DNA of 64,000 bases from Antedon mediterranea (GCF_964355755.1 NC_092673.1:16092948-16156947); one strand, 5' to 3'. Shown: positions 1-13,700, counted from the stretch's first letter. Program-made: numbers and translations. The notes: generated by a model not told the origin, from the sequence alone.

Positions 1-574
1 CCTTCAATCAAATACTGTACATCGTTCATGTTGTGATTATAGACGGGGTATACTCGACCCGACCAGTTTGGTATTGTTGTATCTGCTTATCACGTGACGA
101 TGCCAGGCATGGGCAGCAGAGAGAGCACGTGTATCGTCGTCTCGCTCGATCCTCAGCAGGAATGTACAGTATACGTTACGCTTCATTGATTTTGATTTTT
201 CCCTAAGTCGGTGCGAAAATCGGCAAACGTAAAGTGCAAACATATCTAATTTTTCACTGTTTTGATGAATTTTCATAAAAAATTGACTTTATAAATGGGA
301 AGACCGACTAAAATTACATCAGATAAGTATAATTTTACAAAATTAATTGATATGGTTTATGATAACGAGTCGTCGGAAGATGGACCATTTCACGAATTTC
401 CTATTTTGTAACCACAGTGTGATTTTGCCGTAGCTGCACTTGTAATCTGGCCTGATTTCACAGCCTTCGTTCTGCTTCACTGGGCGCTTATATAAATTGA
501 AACTTTTACCGTTCAAGAGACAAACAAATATATTTTACATTTTTTACTATTCATTTTAAACCCGGAACCCCCCT
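1..574. mobile_element. Right part of a Kolobok-like non-autonomous DNA transposon
   Basis: Matches about 47351-47913. Ends ...ttttaaacccggaacccccct followed by TTAA. Confidence 0.7.
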
Positions 575-840
575 TTAAGACAGTGGAACCGTAATCCAGT
601 CATAATATCAACAAAGGTTCAAGATTCACCTGCTCCATGTTTCTGGTAGAACGAGTCTTCTTGGATAAGGACTATAAACTGTAATTTCAGTTTACATAAA
701 TGCTTGTGTGCACTTTGAAGAACCTAGTACATACATTTATAAGGATGAGTAGGGGTTACCTCAGTTTACTTGTTCACACACAGCCACTGTCTTAGAATTG
801 GCAACAATGACTTGACATGACCCTAAGGGGAAAAGAACTA
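575..840 (+). mobile_element. tRNA-derived SINE, 5' end cut by the Kolobok-like insertion
   Basis: ttaagacagtggaaccgtaa...ggttcaaga...gaacctagtaca...taggggttacc, shared with 22240, 27498 and 36734. Confidence 0.6.
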
Positions 841-885
841 TTATGAAAGATTTATATTTATTTTTACTTTATAATTTTATATTAG

Positions 886-3800
886 AATTGTTAATCCCTG
901 CCGAAATATATGCCAAAGGTGCAGATGCAATTAAGATATATAAAGATGAGCTAGAAAATGGTGAAATTACAGTTGTAAATGCAAGGTGTATGTTCCTTGG
1001 AAAAGAAGGTGCAGGCAAGACTAGTTGTGTAAAGCGCATGCTTGGAGAAAGGTAACAAGTAAAATAGATGTGTGTATATGTAGGAACTCATATTTTTTTT
1101 TAAACTAAAAAAAAAACCAAAGAACCTGTGTTTATATCAAGCCCCAACTTTGGGTATTGTTGACTTGCTTTGTCCTATTGTAAACTAAAGTCTATTGTGT
1201 CTTAGTTCACACACCGCTGGTTTATAATCTTGTGATGACCAATCACCTCAGACTATGCTACTTTATATTCCACTTATCTTTACTTATACCTAGCATTCTT
1301 CAGAAGATGGTTGTAGCAAACATCCAAACGTCAAGACATAATTTATTTCCTTTTGGAAACACATGGTGTACCACAAACTTAACTTTACTAGACACCAAGA
1401 CAATTTATTCTCTGCTCAAAAATTGCAAATAAATGTTTTTGGAATTTTTGGAAATTTAGAAACCAAAATATAAAAAAGTAATCTGATTGTGATTTTTTAA
1501 ATTTAATTTTTATGATTAAAGATGTATAAATATGAAGTTTCAACTTTACTAATACATTGTAATATTAGATTCAATTCCAGAGAACCATCTACGGATGGTA
1601 TAGTTACTGCAACAGTGTTCCAAGTAACTAAGGAGGATTCTAGCAACTGGAAAAAGATAAAAGATATAGATGGTGAGAGTCAAAGAAATTCTAGAAGAAA
1701 ATAGTTTATTAATTTTCATATATGATATGTTTAATCATCTGATGAAGACATTTTTTGAAGATTTGTGTTTGTTTTGTATGCTTTTACTGGCAATTAAGAA
1801 TAAGTAGGCCTTATAAAATAAATTATTTCATCACAATAGTTGCACCAAAAATAACTAGTCATGCTAGCTGCATGTTAACATCCTTTTCTTACATTTGTTA
1901 TAAAGATTGTACTAGAATTTTGCACTCTGTTATGTCAACGTTCCAAAACCTAAATTACATATCAAAACTTATCAATATCCATTTAAAACTTTTGTATTTT
2001 ACTTCATATAAACTAATTGTTTACCTATTCTTCTTACTTCATACAGATGTGGAACTTACCAAGCAAATTCGTGCACACGCATTAGCAGAAAATGTTGATA
2101 AGAAATTAAAGAAAGGTTGGCACAGACTAAGCAATACTGCATTTTCAAATCTAAATCTGGCATTCATCGTCATCTGAAAATTTAGAAAAGGTTTCTCGAT
2201 CATTGACAATAACATACTAATGCTTATTAATAATTTTTTTTTTTTAGAAAGCAATGATACAACACTTCAGGCTAAATTAAAACATTTTGTGAGTCAAAAT
2301 GTGGGAACAAGAAAGGTAAATGTGAGCGACATAACTAGTATATGGGACTTTGCTGGTCAACTAGACTACTATATAACACACAGGGTATGTTTGTCTTAAT
2401 TATGCTCGAATCTTTTCTTGATAGTAAAATCATATTTAAAACAACATCTCTGTTTTGTTTGTGCCATAGCAAGTTTTTCACAGTTTTGTATTTTAGTTAT
2501 TTTCTATATCCAACAGTATTCATTGATATTAACCTTTTAAAGTAACTAACAATTGAATTTAAATAATATTCTAGGTGGCCTTAATTTTACATTCTTTCAA
2601 GTTAAGACTTTTAGTCCATTCTGAACTTTTTTGGTAGCCAAAATTTGAAAAACCTATATTTCTTTATTATTTATAATTATAAATGTTGACTTTATTTAGG
2701 GCATAATATGTAAAGCCCTTCACTTTAAAAGTAACAAGTTTTCAATTAAAAAAAAAACAAGAGAAATGAAAAATAGGAACTGAACGGCTACAATTCAGAT
2801 CTGGTGATATTTAATTTAGAATATTTTTTTTTATTTTTGTATTTATTTTGTTTCATTTTAAGTTATTGTTTGGACGCACCTTTATCAATGCAGTGTGCCA
2901 CTGTTGTAAAAGTAAGGTTTCCAATAATTATAATATTCTATCTATTAACCTTTACATTGTATTTATATCTTTCAGTTCTTCCTGACAAACAAAGTATCAT
3001 ACTGTGTTACGTTTAATGTGATGGATAACTTGAACGAACTAGCTAATCCACGAGGTTTTTCATTTGTAAGTTCACCAAATATTTCAGATTATTTTGTAAA
3101 ATTTATCAACAGCGAATTGTTTATTTTCTAATTACAATTACATTTTGATTTTAGGATTCCCTAGGAATGACTAATTTGGACATGAATTTGTTTTGGATAA
3201 GGTCTATTTATGAACATACTGTGTCACAACATGGTTCAGGAAACCCCATTTTAATTGATGGCAAGATAATAGAGTCACCTCCTATCTGTTTGGTTGCTAC
3301 CCATATGGATAAATTGTCAGGGACAGAATCAGAAAAACAGATGAAGGTAATAGCTATAGTATACATTTATAACTTAAATATTATTTGACTCTACACATGC
3401 ACATTGCTTATTTATTAGAATGGATAAGCATCACATGAAATAAAAGAAGAAACCTTTTTTTGTATTGTTAATATATATATACAATTTTACTAATTAAAGG
3501 CTGAGAAAATGTTCATGCAGATGTTTGATGCAATGAAAGGATTGCCGTATGCCAATCATGTAGATCGTGAAATGTACATGGTGGATAACACTGTAAAGTC
3601 ACATGAAGGTATTGAAAAACTTAAGCGAAACGTTGGTAGATACATGAAAGCAATGGTACAGGAAGTTCCTGTAAAGTGGGTTAATTTGCAGGAAAAGTTG
3701 CAAATAATTGGAAAAACAAGATTGTACATTACCTTGACAGAGGTAAGGGTTTGAATTAATTTTGTTTTCAACGTCTAGTTATAGAATTCTATTATTCAAT

Positions 3801-5824
3801 ATGCTGTGTGTGTACTCAGAATATTTACTTCAGAGGTGAATAATTGTAATCAAACATTAATCAGTAATAGTAATTATTTAGTCAGTAATGCGGCCGTGAA
3901 CAATCTGTATAGCACCTTGCAATAGTACTGTCCTGTTTAGTTATTTGTTTGTCAAATGAATTTAGTGTAATAATTATATTAAAATGTCAATTCTGCATTA
4001 GGTTTCTGAGATTGCAACTCAATGTGGAATCCCTCAAAATGTTCTCGCCACTGCCATAAGTTATCTGAATGTCACTGGAATTATCATGTACACCGGCACT
4101 AATGAGAAATTAAGAAACATTGTGATAACAAATCTTCACTGGATGATTGAAGTTTTGACAAAAGTCATCACAGTAGTTACACCAATGTTTGAAATGGTTA
4201 GTAAATGCATATTATATATAACTAGACTTGTATATCAGTAGGTCTATTACATTTAGAATCTTTTTTTTTTGTACACAGAAGAAAGCAGAAGATCGGAAGC
4301 AATTACAGAAGCTATGGGAAAAGCTTAGCAATGAAGGAGTTCTTGAAGAGACGTTACTCCGTTATTTGTGGCGAAACGAAGATGAAGATCTTTTTGAAAT
4401 CTTTGTAGAATTGATGAAAGTTTTTCGTTTGCTCTTTGAGAAGACAAAGGTTGGCAAATACACTTTTATTCATTTCTTTGATTAAGCTCTTACTAATCAC
4501 TGGTACCAATTTATGTATAATTGTGATGTTTATATTAACAGGGAATTAAAGAAGGTAACCGGATATTCTTGGTTCCTTGTCGAATGAAAGTTGACAAAAA
4601 AGACATTCTGAAAGTAACAGCAGATGACAAACAAACAGTATCAATTTACCTGACTCCGACGGACTTTCTTCCTGATGCTGTATACAACACATTGGTTGTT
4701 GCATTTCTTGAATTGATGACAGAAAAGGGTATTGATGATTCAGAAGTGTTCCGGAATCGTAGTGACTTTAGATTTAGTGGTCACACTATCAGTTTAGGTT
4801 CTGTCAAAATTAACCATGAAAGGGAAAAACCATATGCTTTAAAGGTATGAAATTAATTACTATTTTTTCTATTAATTATATTCTAATTTCAATATTTAAT
4901 ATAAAATTTGTATATAAAGAGAAAACATAAAACCAATTAACGTTGAATATAGTATATATATGCATTCTGTTCTATGTCTATGTATTACGCACTTTTTTCT
5001 TTCATAGTACTTCAAACCTTTCTCTACTATTTTTTTTTATTTTAACGATGTATTGTTCCCCCTATAACATGGCAAATTAATGATGTTAAATAGCCCATTT
5101 TGCAGATTTAATCAAGTTGTTCACTTCAGTGAAAAAAACAACAAACAAAAGTAATATTTTCACTTTTTGAAGACAAAGCAAATGGTTAAAAAAAATTGTT
5201 TCAAACCAAATAATATGTGACATTAAATAATAACATACTGTATTAACAAAATTTACAATTTTTGAAATTATTCATATATAGTATATCTTTAACGCAACAA
5301 GATGTTCAATTTCTTTTGAATTTATGATCCATTTCAATGTTTATTTGTTATTATGTATTTATCCATCTGTATTAATTATATGCATGCATAGATAAATGTC
5401 AAACGATACTGTTTGAATGTTTTTCTTAACAGCTTGAAATATCACGCTGGACTGACATTAAGCAAACTATAACTACAGTAGATGATGGAAAAGAAGGAGA
5501 GGTGTTATTTGAACTGCAACCAAGTGTCTGCATGGAGGTAAAAAATATGAGATTATCACTTTTAAACAAAATTATTATGTTATATAAATTATAAATAACA
5601 TTTTATTCCCATGTTTTAGGTACTAAGCTACTTGAAAGAGCAACTAGAAACTGTCTGCAATATATACGAGGGCATTGGCTACACTCTGCGTGTGTTATGT
5701 ACTGCTTGTAAACCATATGAACATCACTTAATTGATCTTGAAAAGTGTTTGAATTCCGATTCTGTTCCATGTGGAAGAAGAAATGCTATGGATACTGCTC
5801 GTATAAAGCACTTATTGTCAACGA
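886..5824 (+). CDS. Roco GTPase gene 1, ROC-COR module A (12 exons, 5' end outside window)
   Basis: Phase-compatible AG/GT exons: 886-1051, 1569-1672, 2047-2115, 2248-2384, 2976-3065, 3155-3346, 3500-3742, 4002-4196, 4279-4449, 4542-4844, 5433-5537, 5620-5824. Motifs: P-loop GKEGAGKTS, switch I STDGI, G3 WDFAGQ, G4 VATHMD, COR hallmarks VPVKW, YLNVTGII, LRYLW, FLVPC. The first exon has a phase-1 acceptor and no start codon. Confidence 0.9.
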
Positions 5825-6949
5825 GTAAGTTGGTTTGGTTATTCTTTAATGTTGTCATCACCATTACTTCATTCTAATGAATTCTCAATTTTTGTCATCA
5901 ACAAAGATAACTTCATCTTACAAAATTTGCAATCATCTTAATTTGGACATACTGTACTATGAAACCTTCACTAGTCTAATGTTAGACACCAATCTATTGA
6001 TGATATGCTGGCCATGTCATTTTTTCTCAAATAGTTTCTAATCTTTACCATTGCACATTATTCGCATAATGCCTTTTAAATGTAATTTAGAGTTAAATTT
6101 TGTTGTATTCTAATATCCGAGTAACACTTTATGTAAGTATTTATTTTTTATCATTAAAAAATATGTTTTTGTATTACTGTACTCGGTAGATAATATACTG
6201 TATATAAGAATGAAGATTAGATTGATCACCAAGCTATGCTATGAAAACAGTTTTTCTTTCTATACAACTATTCATTGTAGTTGACCTCTAAATTGTAGGT
6301 GCGTCTTATACACAGGTCACTTCTTCACGCACACCAAAAAGCCACACAAAGTTAACACTACAGCAGTAGCCCACAACAACTATTACTATTACTGTAGGTC
6401 ATAGCCTTTCTAATTTTATTGCAATAATGTCTTGCCTAGAGGGTCGATTACTACATAGTGCATTAGATATTCTACCTAGGCCTTCACCTATTCTTTACTA
6501 ATCTGAACTTGTGTGTGCGTAACTAGATCAAATAAAACACAATTATGGAAAAGTCCACTAATTACGGTGATTATCACGTTTTAATTACACTTGATACTGT
6601 GGTTTATTAAATTACATCCCTATGTTAACAGTCACATATTTCTGTAATCATATAGACAATAGTTTATACATCAAGCGTCATCTAAAAGAACTTGTTTTTA
6701 AAGTGCTAATAAGCTTCCTCTATGTTCATATTTGTATATACAACCGTAAGTGCCGACACATGGCTAGTGTCTTACAGACTAGTATTGACATGCATTTTCA
6801 TAATAGACATAGTTTAAAATTAATAATGATTTTGCTGGTTTATTACCAGCTGTGGACACTTATCATTTGAATTGATTTAAATCAAATGGTCATACACACA
6901 GTAACAAAGTATATATTTAAATAACCTTAGTGTAGATATAATAAGAGCA

Positions 6950-7337
6950 CTCTAAGATCACTGAAAGTATGCTATAACAATGCCTTACGTTTGCTGCTGA
7001 AGCAGCCTAGAAATTGTAGTGCAAGCATGATGTTTGTCTTAAATGATGTCCCATCCTTGGATGAGTTCATTAGAAAATCTGTTTTTTTTTAGTTTTAAAA
7101 AATCATGTGAACGCAAGAAGTAATTCCTTGATCATGGCCATTAATCGCCACGTTCTTAATGTGTCAAGAATGCAAATACAATGGAATGCCTTGTTGCATT
7201 GACTTTATATTTATATTTATATGTTTTTGTTCTATAAGCTCTTAGATTAAGATTTTTTTTCTCTCTTTTGCTATGGATATATTATGTCACGAAGATATTC
7301 TGAAATAAAAAGATGAATGAATGAATGAATGAATGAA
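6950..7337 (+). mobile_element. 3' end of a LINE (RTE-X/CR1-group-like RT C-terminus) with (TGAA)n tail
   Basis: LKVCYNNALRLLLKQPRNCSASMMF, then AATAAA and (atga)n. Duplicated at about 50800-51161. Confidence 0.6.
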
Positions 7338-7918
7338 TATATGCAATTAGAGTCACTTAATTATGATTGTTATTAGACAGGCAGATAGGTTAAGCCCAAC
7401 CACACAGTGCATTGTAACTGAAGAAATGTGGGGATTTCCCTTTTCACAGACTGATTACGATGTAATAAATAGCTGGCCCAAACCAAACTGAAACTCATAT
7501 ATTGGGAAGAATAAACTATATTTAAACATATTTCTAACTGCAAAATTAGAAAATCTTTTGGTAAAATGTTATTACTAATTATACTTGGTGATTAATTTAA
7601 CATCCAAGTCATTGTATTAAGATTCAAGAACATAATTCCAATTTATAGAGATAACAAATTATTTAATTCATCACAAAAACTGTAGAAAGAGTAAAGCTAG
7701 ATTTTAGCTTTACATTCAAGTAGTCTAGCTTGTTGGTTAACGTGCTTGCCTTCCAATCCCAAGGTACGAGGTTCAGTCCTGACTCTTCCAACTCCACTCC
7801 CTGAGCCTCAAGTTTATGCTTGCTGTTTAGATGTCTATGAAATAAGACCAAAAAAAAAAAAATGTTGATTTTACTTGGTTCACTCTCACAAATGTGTTCC
7901 TTTAAATATTATTTTGTC

Positions 7919-8035
7919 GAAAAGGATATTCCATTTGCTGTTGCTGTTCATGGGAGAGACTTTAAGGAAGCGTACAATGAAGCCTCGAAAGAAGGATATG
8001 TCAAAATCAATCTTGGAATGCTTAAAGTAATTTAG
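7919..8035 (+). pseudogene. Decayed paralog of ROC exon 1 (pseudo-exon)
   Basis: Translates EKDIPFAVAVHGRDFKEAYNEASKEGYVKINLGMLKVI* versus DENIPSAITAHGADVQEVYAKALTEGSVKINLGMLKVMG at 10758. No acceptor AG, and it stops before the P-loop. Confidence 0.8.
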
Positions 8036-8164
8036 TATATATTTAGTATATGTCATATACAAACGTATATAGTATACGAATGTATATGAAACATAGGTTG
8101 TATTTTTGCAAAGGTTTACCTTGGACAACATACTGTACCAGTATATATCTGTCTATATATCAAG

Positions 8165-9475
8165 ATGTGTCATCACTATCCCAAATTTAGTATAAGCATT
8201 TCTGATGTACATAACGAATTCATGAAACTCAATTCATCGAAGGCTGCTGGGCCGGATAGAATCCCACCATGCGTACTTAAGGTCTGCTCTCCTCACCTTG
8301 ATGGTATATTTACATTTATTTTCAATATGTGTCTTTCTTATCATGCGTTCCCGGATATTTGGAAACTTTCATGCATAATACCGGTACCTAAGAAACCTAA
8401 GATTAACAGCATGAATGATTTGAGACCCGTTGCACTCACGTCTGTCGCGATGAAAATATTGGAACGTATTATTTTAAAAATTATGCAACCTTATACTGAA
8501 AAAGTGTTAGACCCGTTGCAATTTGCTTACCGATCACTCCGTAGTACCAGTGATGCGATTTATTTTAAATTACATCAATTGTATTCACATCTAGATAATG
8601 TAAAGAAAGGCCACTCGGCACGTATTATGTATTTTGATTTTCAGTCTGCGTTTAATACCATACAACCCCATATCTTAGCAAATAAAATGTTGAATATGGA
8701 GTTTCCCTGTCCGATTGTTCGTTTAGTTTTAAATTTCATTTGTGATAGAAAACAATTTGTTAATATTAATGGTGTTAAGTCAGAAATCGTAACCTCTGAC
8801 ACCGGTGTTCCTCAGGGTACTGTCAACGCACCTAAATTATATTCCTTGTATACAGCCGATTACAGATCTTTAAATGATGAGCTTTGCCCCGTTGTTAAAT
8901 TCGCTGATGACACTAGTACTATTGGTCTCATAGTTTCAAACAATGATGAAAATTATCGTAGCGAAATACAAAGATTTGTTGAATTTTGTGACGATACTTA
9001 TCTCCAAATAAATGCATCAAAAACAAAGGAGAGGATCATTGATTTTAGGACTAAACATAAATTTAATTTTCAACCAATCACTATCAAAGGTAAAGAAATT
9101 GAAATTGTTGACCAGTACAAGTATCTAGGAATTGTTTTCAATGATAAACTGAGTCGGGGAGACCATATAGACTTCATCAGCAAAAAATTAAGTCCCAGAA
9201 TGTATTGTATGAGAACTTTATATAAATTTAACTCCTGTGATTTGATGTTACTTTCGTTCTATAGATCCGTTATATGTAGTGTTGGAACGTATTGCCTCTC
9301 CTGTTGGGCTGGTAATGTTACCGGAGGGAATAAAGGACGCCTTGAAACTTTCATCCGTCGGGCTGGTAAAATGATTGGTCTGGAACTGCCTTCCTTTACC
9401 GATGTGCACCTAGAACACCTCGAGAAAGATTTCGAACGCATTGAGTCGGATGCCTCTCATCTCTCCACAAAGTGA
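8165..9475 (+). CDS. Non-LTR reverse transcriptase fragment
   Basis: KAAGPD, RPVALTS, LDPLQFAY, FDFQSAFNTI, GVPQG, KFADD, YKYLG. The ATG at 8165 is in host flank and the endonuclease domain is absent. Confidence 0.9.
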   Translation: MCHHYPKFSISISDVHNEFMKLNSSKAAGPDRIPPCVLKVCSPHLDGIFTFIFNMCLSYHAFPDIWKLSCIIPVPKKPKINSMNDLRPVALTSVAMKILERIILKIMQPYTEKVLDPLQFAYRSLRSTSDAIYFKLHQLYSHLDNVKKGHSARIMYFDFQSAFNTIQPHILANKMLNMEFPCPIVRLVLNFICDRKQFVNINGVKSEIVTSDTGVPQGTVNAPKLYSLYTADYRSLNDELCPVVKFADDTSTIGLIVSNNDENYRSEIQRFVEFCDDTYLQINASKTKERIIDFRTKHKFNFQPITIKGKEIEIVDQYKYLGIVFNDKLSRGDHIDFISKKLSPRMYCMRTLYKFNSCDLMLLSFYRSVICSVGTYCLSCWAGNVTGGNKGRLETFIRRAGKMIGLELPSFTDVHLEHLEKDFERIESDASHLSTK

Positions 9476-9734
9476 TCATAGACCAACTTAATCCAAGTGG
9501 TAGATTGAGGCTCCTCAGTGTGAAAACAAATCGATTTGCTCAATCCTTTATTCCCTCCGGTATCATCCAGTACAACAGGAAGTTAAGAAGATAATTTTAT
9601 ATTGTAATTTTTTAGATGTTTTTATATGAATGGTTTTATGCTATATTTGTTTTTATAGTGTTTTCTTTGTTATTATGACGAGCAATGAATTTCCTTTTTG
9701 AGGATCAATAAAAGTTATCTTATCTTATCTTATC
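8181..9734 (+). mobile_element. 5'-truncated Rex1/Babar-like LINE
   Basis: RT ORF, AATAAA and a (TTATC)n tail. The paralogous site at 51791-51800 (ctatcttgtt) is empty, which defines the boundaries. Confidence 0.85.
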
Positions 9735-10757
9735 TTGTTTATATTGAAATGGATTCTATGAATAGTATTGGTACAGTATTATAATTTATGGTATATCTTA
9801 AATCCTGTTGAACCAAACTTTTAGAACATAATATTGTGGCTATTGTAATGTTAAATTTAACTGAGGCTAAATAACTATAAAAACAGTACTATGGGCAGAT
9901 TTAGACTTTAACTTAAGATTTATTTCCAAGGATTGAGTGGTTTATATTAATTAATTAATTAATTAATCTCCTGTAAAGTACCATGTTGGCTAAGTCTTGT
10001 GGTTAGTGTTCAATTTTAACTTCTCACAGATGTCCAAGATGATAGAGAGTTACTGCAATCTGTCAATATTCTTAAATAAAAGGCTTGACCTATAATCTGA
10101 TTGGCAAACACTAGACTTTATTGTTTTCATAATCTAGCCATCAATATTATTCAGATTAAAAAAATTAACAAATCAGTTGTCATATTAAAATAATATATTG
10201 TTATCATCAACTAAAATGGCCACTAATCCCATAGTTTTACAACTCGTTTTGCAATTCAGATATGTTTATTTCTTGAAATGTTGTGTAGAATATCGGTTAT
10301 GTTTTGTTTTCAAACCCCTACTTACTTTCTTCCACCTTCTTAGAATGTACACAAGGTCGTGATTATGAAAATGAAATTATTTATACCATTCCACGAATAT
10401 AAAAACATTTATTATTTGTTTTATATAACATCTTAAAGTAGATTCATGCATTTCATTTAAATTGTCATCTTAATAAGAGTGTCCACTGAGTAGGTGTTGG
10501 CCGTAGTGGTAAAACATATATTGCCCTTTTTTTTGCCATTGTCTGCTTACTAGAGGTGTCCCAAAGCGGGAGGGGTTCTACTGTATAAGGGGTATTATAC
10601 ATGAAATGAATTAATATGCTTGCTGAATTAATTGCCATTTGAAGTCATTGCATTAATTGATTTAAACAAATTTATCACAAAAGAAAATAGTTATTGATTT
10701 TTTATTTCTTAGCATTATATGGCATGGTTTTTATATAATAAAATTATATTTTATCAG

Positions 10758-13700
10758 ATGAAAATATTCCATCTGCTATTACTGCTCATGGTGCAGATGT
10801 TCAGGAAGTGTACGCTAAGGCATTGACTGAGGGATCTGTCAAAATCAATCTTGGAATGCTTAAAGTGATGGGGCAGGAAGGAGTAGGTAAAACGTGCCTA
10901 ATCAATGCATGTCTTGGAAAAGAGTAAGTACTAGTTAAAGTACAGAGAAATGAACTATGAAATATGTGAGTTAACTATTATGAATATGATTCATTTTAAT
11001 AACCAATTCCCTAATATCGCAGCCTTAAAAGTAACTCAAGTTCACTAATGGTTTCAAATAATTTTCACTTCAAATTTAACTCCAAGCATAATGTTTACAG
11101 CACTTAAAAGTGACCCAAGTTCATTATTGGTTTCAACTGATTTTCACTTCAGATTTAACCGCAAACATGATGTTACAGATGGAATAGCAGTGATAAGAAC
11201 TGTAACCACAACATGGACAGAAGATTATGACGATAGTGGTAAACATCAATTAATTTAGCTTTTCATCCCTCTTGCAGTGAATAATGATACACTATTTAAA
11301 GATAAACTGGAGATCAATATACTACTGATACCCAGTAGTATATTGTTGGATTCTATGTTAATGTTGATATGAACAGTCGTGTAACTGACTGATTTCTGCA
11401 TGATTTTTTTTTTACATATTAAATATTGTTACTCCTGATCTTTTCTGATGCAAAACATTTGATGGTTTGCTTCTTTCAGGATTGTATTTCATGCAATTTA
11501 CATTATCAAGTAGTTTTAAAGTGGTAACCTAATAATCAAATATTATTCACTTAAATCAGATGTAGGACCTAGAGAAATAAATAACTTTGTTTTATTATTT
11601 TCAGGTGATCCCTCAAAACAGTTTACAAAATATGTCGCTGACAAAATGAGAACAATGAAAACTGAAAACGTATGTCAACAACATTTTTTTTAAAACATTA
11701 AAATAATACAAAAGGCATTTATACTTGTATAATGTGGTTTGGAAAGTAAATGTATTTTCTCTTTAGGTAAATATAAAGAATATTTAACTATTTATAAGTT
11801 TTGTTTTCATTATATGAGTTAGGTTGTCCAGAAATCACCTAAAGATGATGATGAGTTTGAAAATATTGAGGGCCATGATGATGATATTAATGACAACCAC
11901 ACCAATAGGGAAGACAACCACAGCAAAAATGATGGTCATGACAACCACAGCAAAGATGATGATCATGACAACCACAGCAAAGATGATGATCATGACAACC
12001 ACAGCAAAGATGATGATCATGACAACCACAGCAAAGATGATGATCATGGCAACCACAGCAAAGATGATGATCATGGCAACCACAGCAAAGATGATGATCA
12101 TGGCAACCACAGCAAAGATGATGATCATGGCAACCACAGCAAAGATGATGATCATGGCAACCACAGCAAACAGAGCAGTGATAATGATCATGACAAACAG
12201 AGCAGTCATGGTAATGATTATTTTTTGTAACTTTTAAAATTCTGTTTTTTTAAACAATAGTATTGAGAATTATGTAACATTAATGATGAACCTTTTTAAT
12301 GACTGTAACATAACATGTGCAATCCTGAGATTTGATCCCATTCACAATATAGTGGAGTTTATACTGTACCGTGATCGTACCATTTTACAACAATTAAATT
12401 GGAAGGTAATACTGTATCTGCTGTATTAATTAATTATTTGCAGTTATAAATTAATTGTTGTTTTTCTAATAGAAATATTTTCAAACTTGACTAAAGAACT
12501 TTTAGACATTTTATTGTATATTTATATGATTAAATGTGAGTAAAATAATTTAAAAACTACTAATACTATACAATTTATAAAGATAATGACTAAAACAATG
12601 ACAACTCAAACATTGACTAAAATGATTATGTATACAAAAACAATGATGAGAATGATTGTTATGAGTATAATATTGTTGACAATTACAATGATGATGATGA
12701 CAATGATTATGACAAAAACTACAACATTCATGATAATGAAGATGACAACTACAACATTGATTATAATAACAAACAATAACAACAACAACAACAATGATGA
12801 ATTTTTAATGACTATAATGATGATAGTGATGACAACTATGAATATAGTGGGGTTCACATGGAACTATGTCTAGAAGAAGTGGATTTAACAATTTTCTACT
12901 AAACCTTGACAAATCCCGTTCTTTGGTACAATTATGTCTAGTTAATTCAATTTCATAAAAACCTGGTATTGAAGATTTTAAATACTATTTTATGTATAAA
13001 ATCATCTCTTTTTTTTATTTATCCTGTATGTTGTTTACTTTTAACTTGTGATTACCAATTAGTCATTTGTTAAATTTTGTATACTTTTTTTATATACTTT
13101 TCAGTATAGTAAATATTGTAGGCCTACCATCTTCTCTTATATCTATTAGACCTCTGTTCCTCATCAGACATAGTTCATTTAATTTTTTAGGACATTTTAC
13201 GGTAGTACACAATGAAGAATAACCATATTCTTTGCAATTTAAATGTAAAATATGAAAATTCTTCAATTGGGTTAAAAAATTCTTTAATTTCATTGGTGCA
13301 AATGAGACTGAAGGTCACCTGCTGGGTTGTTAATTGAATTACCCTCATAAAATAACTGGCTATCCTTGGATTTAGTTCTAAATCCAAGCAGCAATAATTG
13401 TACAGAAAAAAACCATCATCCGGACATAATTGAGCGTTCACATCCAAATTATGGCGATCATATAGATAATCTAGTTAAATTAACTAGCCATAGTTCGATG
13501 TGAACGCCACTATGAGATTACTACAATGGTGCTTTTTGCATGTGGAGTATTACAAACAAAATCTGTTTTACCTACAGGTACTGACATTCCATTTGATACA
13601 GATCAGCAGTTAGATAAAAATGTGATCAAGGAAGTTGAAGAAAATAAGGAGGACCCCTTGGAAGAAACATTCAACATCTGGGACCATGGAGGTCAATTAA

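Noticed and set aside
11824-12237. Met/Thr-rich and antisense hydrophobic ORFs over the 27-bp repeat (also 56901-57560)
   Set aside because: These are alternative frames of a stop-free repeat. Splice phases select the DNHSKDDDH frame.
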